Below are positions 60,801 through 64,000 of a stretch of DNA of 64,000 bases, piece after piece. The notes below the pieces were generated by a model, which had not been told where the DNA came from, did not search any database, and was given only the letters and a program-made list of their open reading frames with translations. This stretch comes from Azolla caroliniana (Eukaryota > Plantae > Polypodiophyta): positions 1 to 64,000 of the forward strand of contig JBHGNT010000012.1 in the NCBI GenBank assembly GCA_043228905.1, read 5' to 3'. Every line of letters starts with the position of its first letter. Position 1 is the stretch's first letter. The position numbers and the translations under genes are program-made.

Positions 60801-63800
60801 GTTGCATGCATGCCTACAAAACATAACACAAGATAAGTGGGAAGAAAGTGTATGAAACCTTTAAATCACCACTATCATCAAGAGCATTAAACGTATCGTT
60901 GAAATTCTTCTCCTCAATTTTTGGTAAGGTTCTACATGCAAGAAAAAACATGAATACAAAGAATAAACTCAGAATTAAGACAATGTAATATCTGCTTCAC
61001 AATAGACAAGTATAAAGATGTGCTTCTGTATGCCTTTTGGTATTGGACAAAACAAATTTGTCCTCTTACCAGAAATTTATATTTAAGTCTTCTATTGAGA
61101 CCAAACGAGAATAATCAACCAAAATAAGCATAACTAAATTAGTAGAACTGCTTAGGGTGCCGAATTATCTTGTTAGCTAAGCATTTAACATTTTGAACTT
61201 AGTTGGAATGAAACTTCTGCCTTCAAAAGATCCCCATAAGAGCCAATTCAAGCCAATGCCTTGTTTAATGAGGCAATGCTATCTCCCTCTTATTTCATAA
61301 AAGACACTATAGTGACATACAAATTGTTCTTCGAATTCCACTCGTTACTAACACAATCGGCAAATTCTTTCTTCTAGAGGTATTCATGCATATCTGCCTA
61401 CCTCAATCTCTAATTGAAGTGATGAAGTTGCAGCTGCCCTATCACACTGCACAACACATAGGATAGATGTATGTACATATAAAGGTGGCTTGATGATGCA
61501 TCCATCCTCCAATGTGTGTAAAAAGTATCTTGTAGTGGGCCATCTTTCTACCAAGTGATATTTTGGGGCTGATCCATGTTATCTTGCTTTCCAAGTTAAT
61601 AATATCAGTTTGGATAACTCTATTCTTTTCCACTTTGGTCATGTTTAGATGGGTACAGTTCAAGCTATATTGGAATGGAGGTAGTGCATGTATGCTTATG
61701 CCATGTGACTCGAACCACTGCTGCTTTTCAGCATACCAACAATGAGTGTCTCCACGTTTAGCCAGTTGTCTTGATGACATAAGTGCCAACCTTGAGTACC
61801 TTCATTTAGGGAGCTCCCATAGATGTTGGATACAGATCATTGATCGGAATAATGCCTCAGCGATTATAGGGGCTGCTCCCATCTCTGCCCAAATTATATC
61901 ATGGGGTACCGATGCTTTGCTCCTTATCATGTGGGCTATCATAGACACTAAAGTTCTCTCTAAATCTTTCCAATAATTTGCCTTGTTAAGACTCAGTCCC
62001 CACGTTTCTACTCCCTAAAGAAGTGTTGGTGTCACTAGTGTATCAAATAGCCACAGTTTAGTTCGTGGCTCTTGGAACTCCAAATGTGCACATTGTCTTT
62101 CGAGCGCACCAAGGGCTGCATATCCACGACAAAGTCAGGCACAAGCAGTCTCCCATAAGGAGAACCTAGGCCCTGTAAATGTCACTCCGAGGCATGTGTA
62201 GGAGCGTGTGTATTCCACCTTTTTCTCTTCTGGTTCTGCTTGAGTGATGTTAAACACCATCAGGTTAGTTTTATCCATGTTTACAGACAAACCTTTGTGC
62301 GTACAAAATACTTTGAAGGCATTTAGATGTCTTTGTAGTCCCTCCGGAGAGTCAGAAATCAGCACAATATCATCAGCATATAGTAATATTTGTACGGCTA
62401 TACCCATTAGGCATGATCCCAAACCCCCGAATCTCTCTATGTAATGTGATATCTCATCTATATAGAGACCGAAGAGAGTGGCGATATATCATCAGCATAT
62501 AGTAATATTTGTACGGCTATACCCATTAGGCATGATCCCAAACCCCCAAATCTCTCTATGTAATGTGATATCTCATCTATATAGAGACCGAAGAGAGTGG
62601 CGATAGTGGGCATCCTTGTTTCACTCCGATTGTGCTAGCCCTCGCCTCTGACAAACCCTTGGGAGACCGCACTTTTCTTGACAAGGATTAATACAGTGCA
62701 AAGATTCCCCATTGCATATCTGCAGGGGCACCAAGGGCTTCCCGCCATTGCATAAACCAAGCACATGGCATAATGTCAAAGGCTTTTCGGAAATCCACAA
62801 AGCAGCAATAAATCCTCTTATTATGGGCTCTGCCCTTCTCAGTAAGGGCTCGATGAATCAATATGTGATCCAAAGTTGTGAACCCCTTCCAAAAGCTTGC
62901 CTGTCCACCTGAATGGCAGGGATTTCTCTCTGCCCATATACTCAATTCTGACTCTAGAATCGAGCCATATAGTTTAGCCAAGTAATGGCCAATCATAATG
63001 TTCTTTCCCATTTTCTATCCACACCCAGTCTTTGTTTTGTCCATCTCCGCCAACCTCCAGCACTATTGTTTACTGATTGTCCATCTGTTGTTGTAGTTCT
63101 TGTTAGTGGTGCTAGCAAATTTCATAGCCAAAGCTATTTCAAGTCAGATACCTCTAAAGGTTCGATTGTTGCAAAACTGCGTGCTACCAATATATCCTCT
63201 GATCACGCACCCATACATCAGAAATCTGTTGAAGTTTATTTGTCTATCAAGGAAAACCTCTAATCTAAACTCTAACTTCCATAGGACTTGTGCCAAAAAA
63301 TGCTGTTACACAGAAAGTAATATCTCCATAAACATTTCCATCTTTTCTGAATTAATGCCATATGAAGTTACACAATTGAACCTCCGGATTTTTTATGAGT
63401 CCTTTGTGTTCACTTCAATGTGAATCTTTTTGTGATTCTAGCATGAACTTCCTTCATTACGTTCCCTTGCTATAATGTCTGAATATCAGATGATAATTAG
63501 GATTATTAGAAATGTTAAGAAAGATCAATGTCTTTTTTGAATTAATGCCATATGAAGTTACACAATTGAACCTCAGGATTTTTTATGAGTCATTTGTGTT
63601 CACTTCAATGTGAATCTTTTTGTAATTCTAGCATGAACTTCCTTCATTACGTTCCCTTGCTATAATGTCTGAAGATCAGATGATAATTAGGATTATTAGA
63701 AATGTTAAGAAAGATCAATGTAATTCATTATTACAAGTAATATCATATATAATTTTATAAATGGTGATGCTTTAAGGTCATAATTATTCCTTAACAACCA

Positions 63801-64000
63801 ATCTAAGCATTTACTATGAATGAGAAAGGCTGAGAATATGTTTAGGTTGCTTTGGCATCCAATTACCATATATTTAGATATTTGTAAAGCTACAGAGGAT
63901 GATGGGTTAGAATTTGAATTGCCAATCAAAAGAAAATAATACATTGTTCACATAGTAAGGATAATATATTGATATACCTGTATTTATTCAACGCTCTGAA
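54857..64000 (-). CDS. TPC1: Two-pore channel 1, 3' part (continues beyond the window); exons >64000-63978, 60931-60859, 60568-60503, 60276-60133, 59662-59605, 58277-58170, 57776-57713, 57627-57459, 57356-57292, 57208-57118, 56454-56368, 56269-56204, 55968-55940, 54959-54857
   Basis: EF-hand DDSGDLKITVDEF, S10 sensor [16 protein letters not shown], pore [39 protein letters not shown] and C-terminal [13 protein letters not shown]. All splice phases are consistent. Confidence 0.96.
57209..57291 (-). other. U12-type (minor spliceosome) GT-AG intron in TPC1, 83 bp
   Basis: 5' site GTATCCTT; branch-site-like TCTTTAAC about 10 nt upstream of the AG; no polypyrimidine tract. Confidence 0.85.
61400..63030 (-). 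mobile_element. 5'-truncated non-LTR retrotransposon (RTE-like LINE RT) inside a TPC1 intron
   Basis: [59 protein letters not shown]. Contains stops and frameshifts. Confidence 0.88.
62367..62605. repeat. Tandem duplication, 119 bp x2, within the LINE RT
   Basis: ATATCATCAGCATATAG at 62367 and 62486. Confidence 0.93.
63341..63721. repeat. Tandem duplication, 190 bp x2 (TPC1 intron)
   Basis: TCTTTT(C/T)TGAATTAATGCCATATG at 63341 and 63531. Confidence 0.93.

Noticed and set aside
1-64000. A functional gene cluster (e.g. CHS-centred biosynthesis, or a Ca2+ module of the centrin-like gene plus TPC1)
   Set aside because: There are no tailoring enzymes next to CHS within the window and the genes have unrelated functions; adjacency alone is not evidence. 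CHS is at the window edge, so upstream neighbours cannot be seen.

Overview
Eukaryotic land-plant nuclear DNA. It is most likely from a fern or another seed-free vascular plant; this is an inference from the CHS N-terminus, the PLS-PPR style and a centrin-like gene. Nine protein-coding genes can be reconstructed with frame-consistent GT-AG splicing: chalcone synthase (+), a long group-6-type remorin (+), a HIPP metallochaperone (+), an intronless orphan secreted protein (-), a small mitochondrial COX-X3/COX7c-like subunit (-), an intronless PLS-class PPR (+), a two-EF-hand centrin-like protein (-), an intronless SBT1-type subtilase (+), and the 3' half of TPC1 (-, runs off the window end, contains a U12-type intron). 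Intergenic DNA and introns hold a decayed Ty1/copia element with a nested solo-LTR-like insertion, two or more LINE relics, a probable hAT relic, two MITE/foldback elements and many local tandem duplications of about 70-380 bp. I found no convincing multi-gene novel system. The best leads are the orphan secreted and possibly GPI-anchored protein, the atypical centrin-like protein, and the pervasive short tandem duplication.
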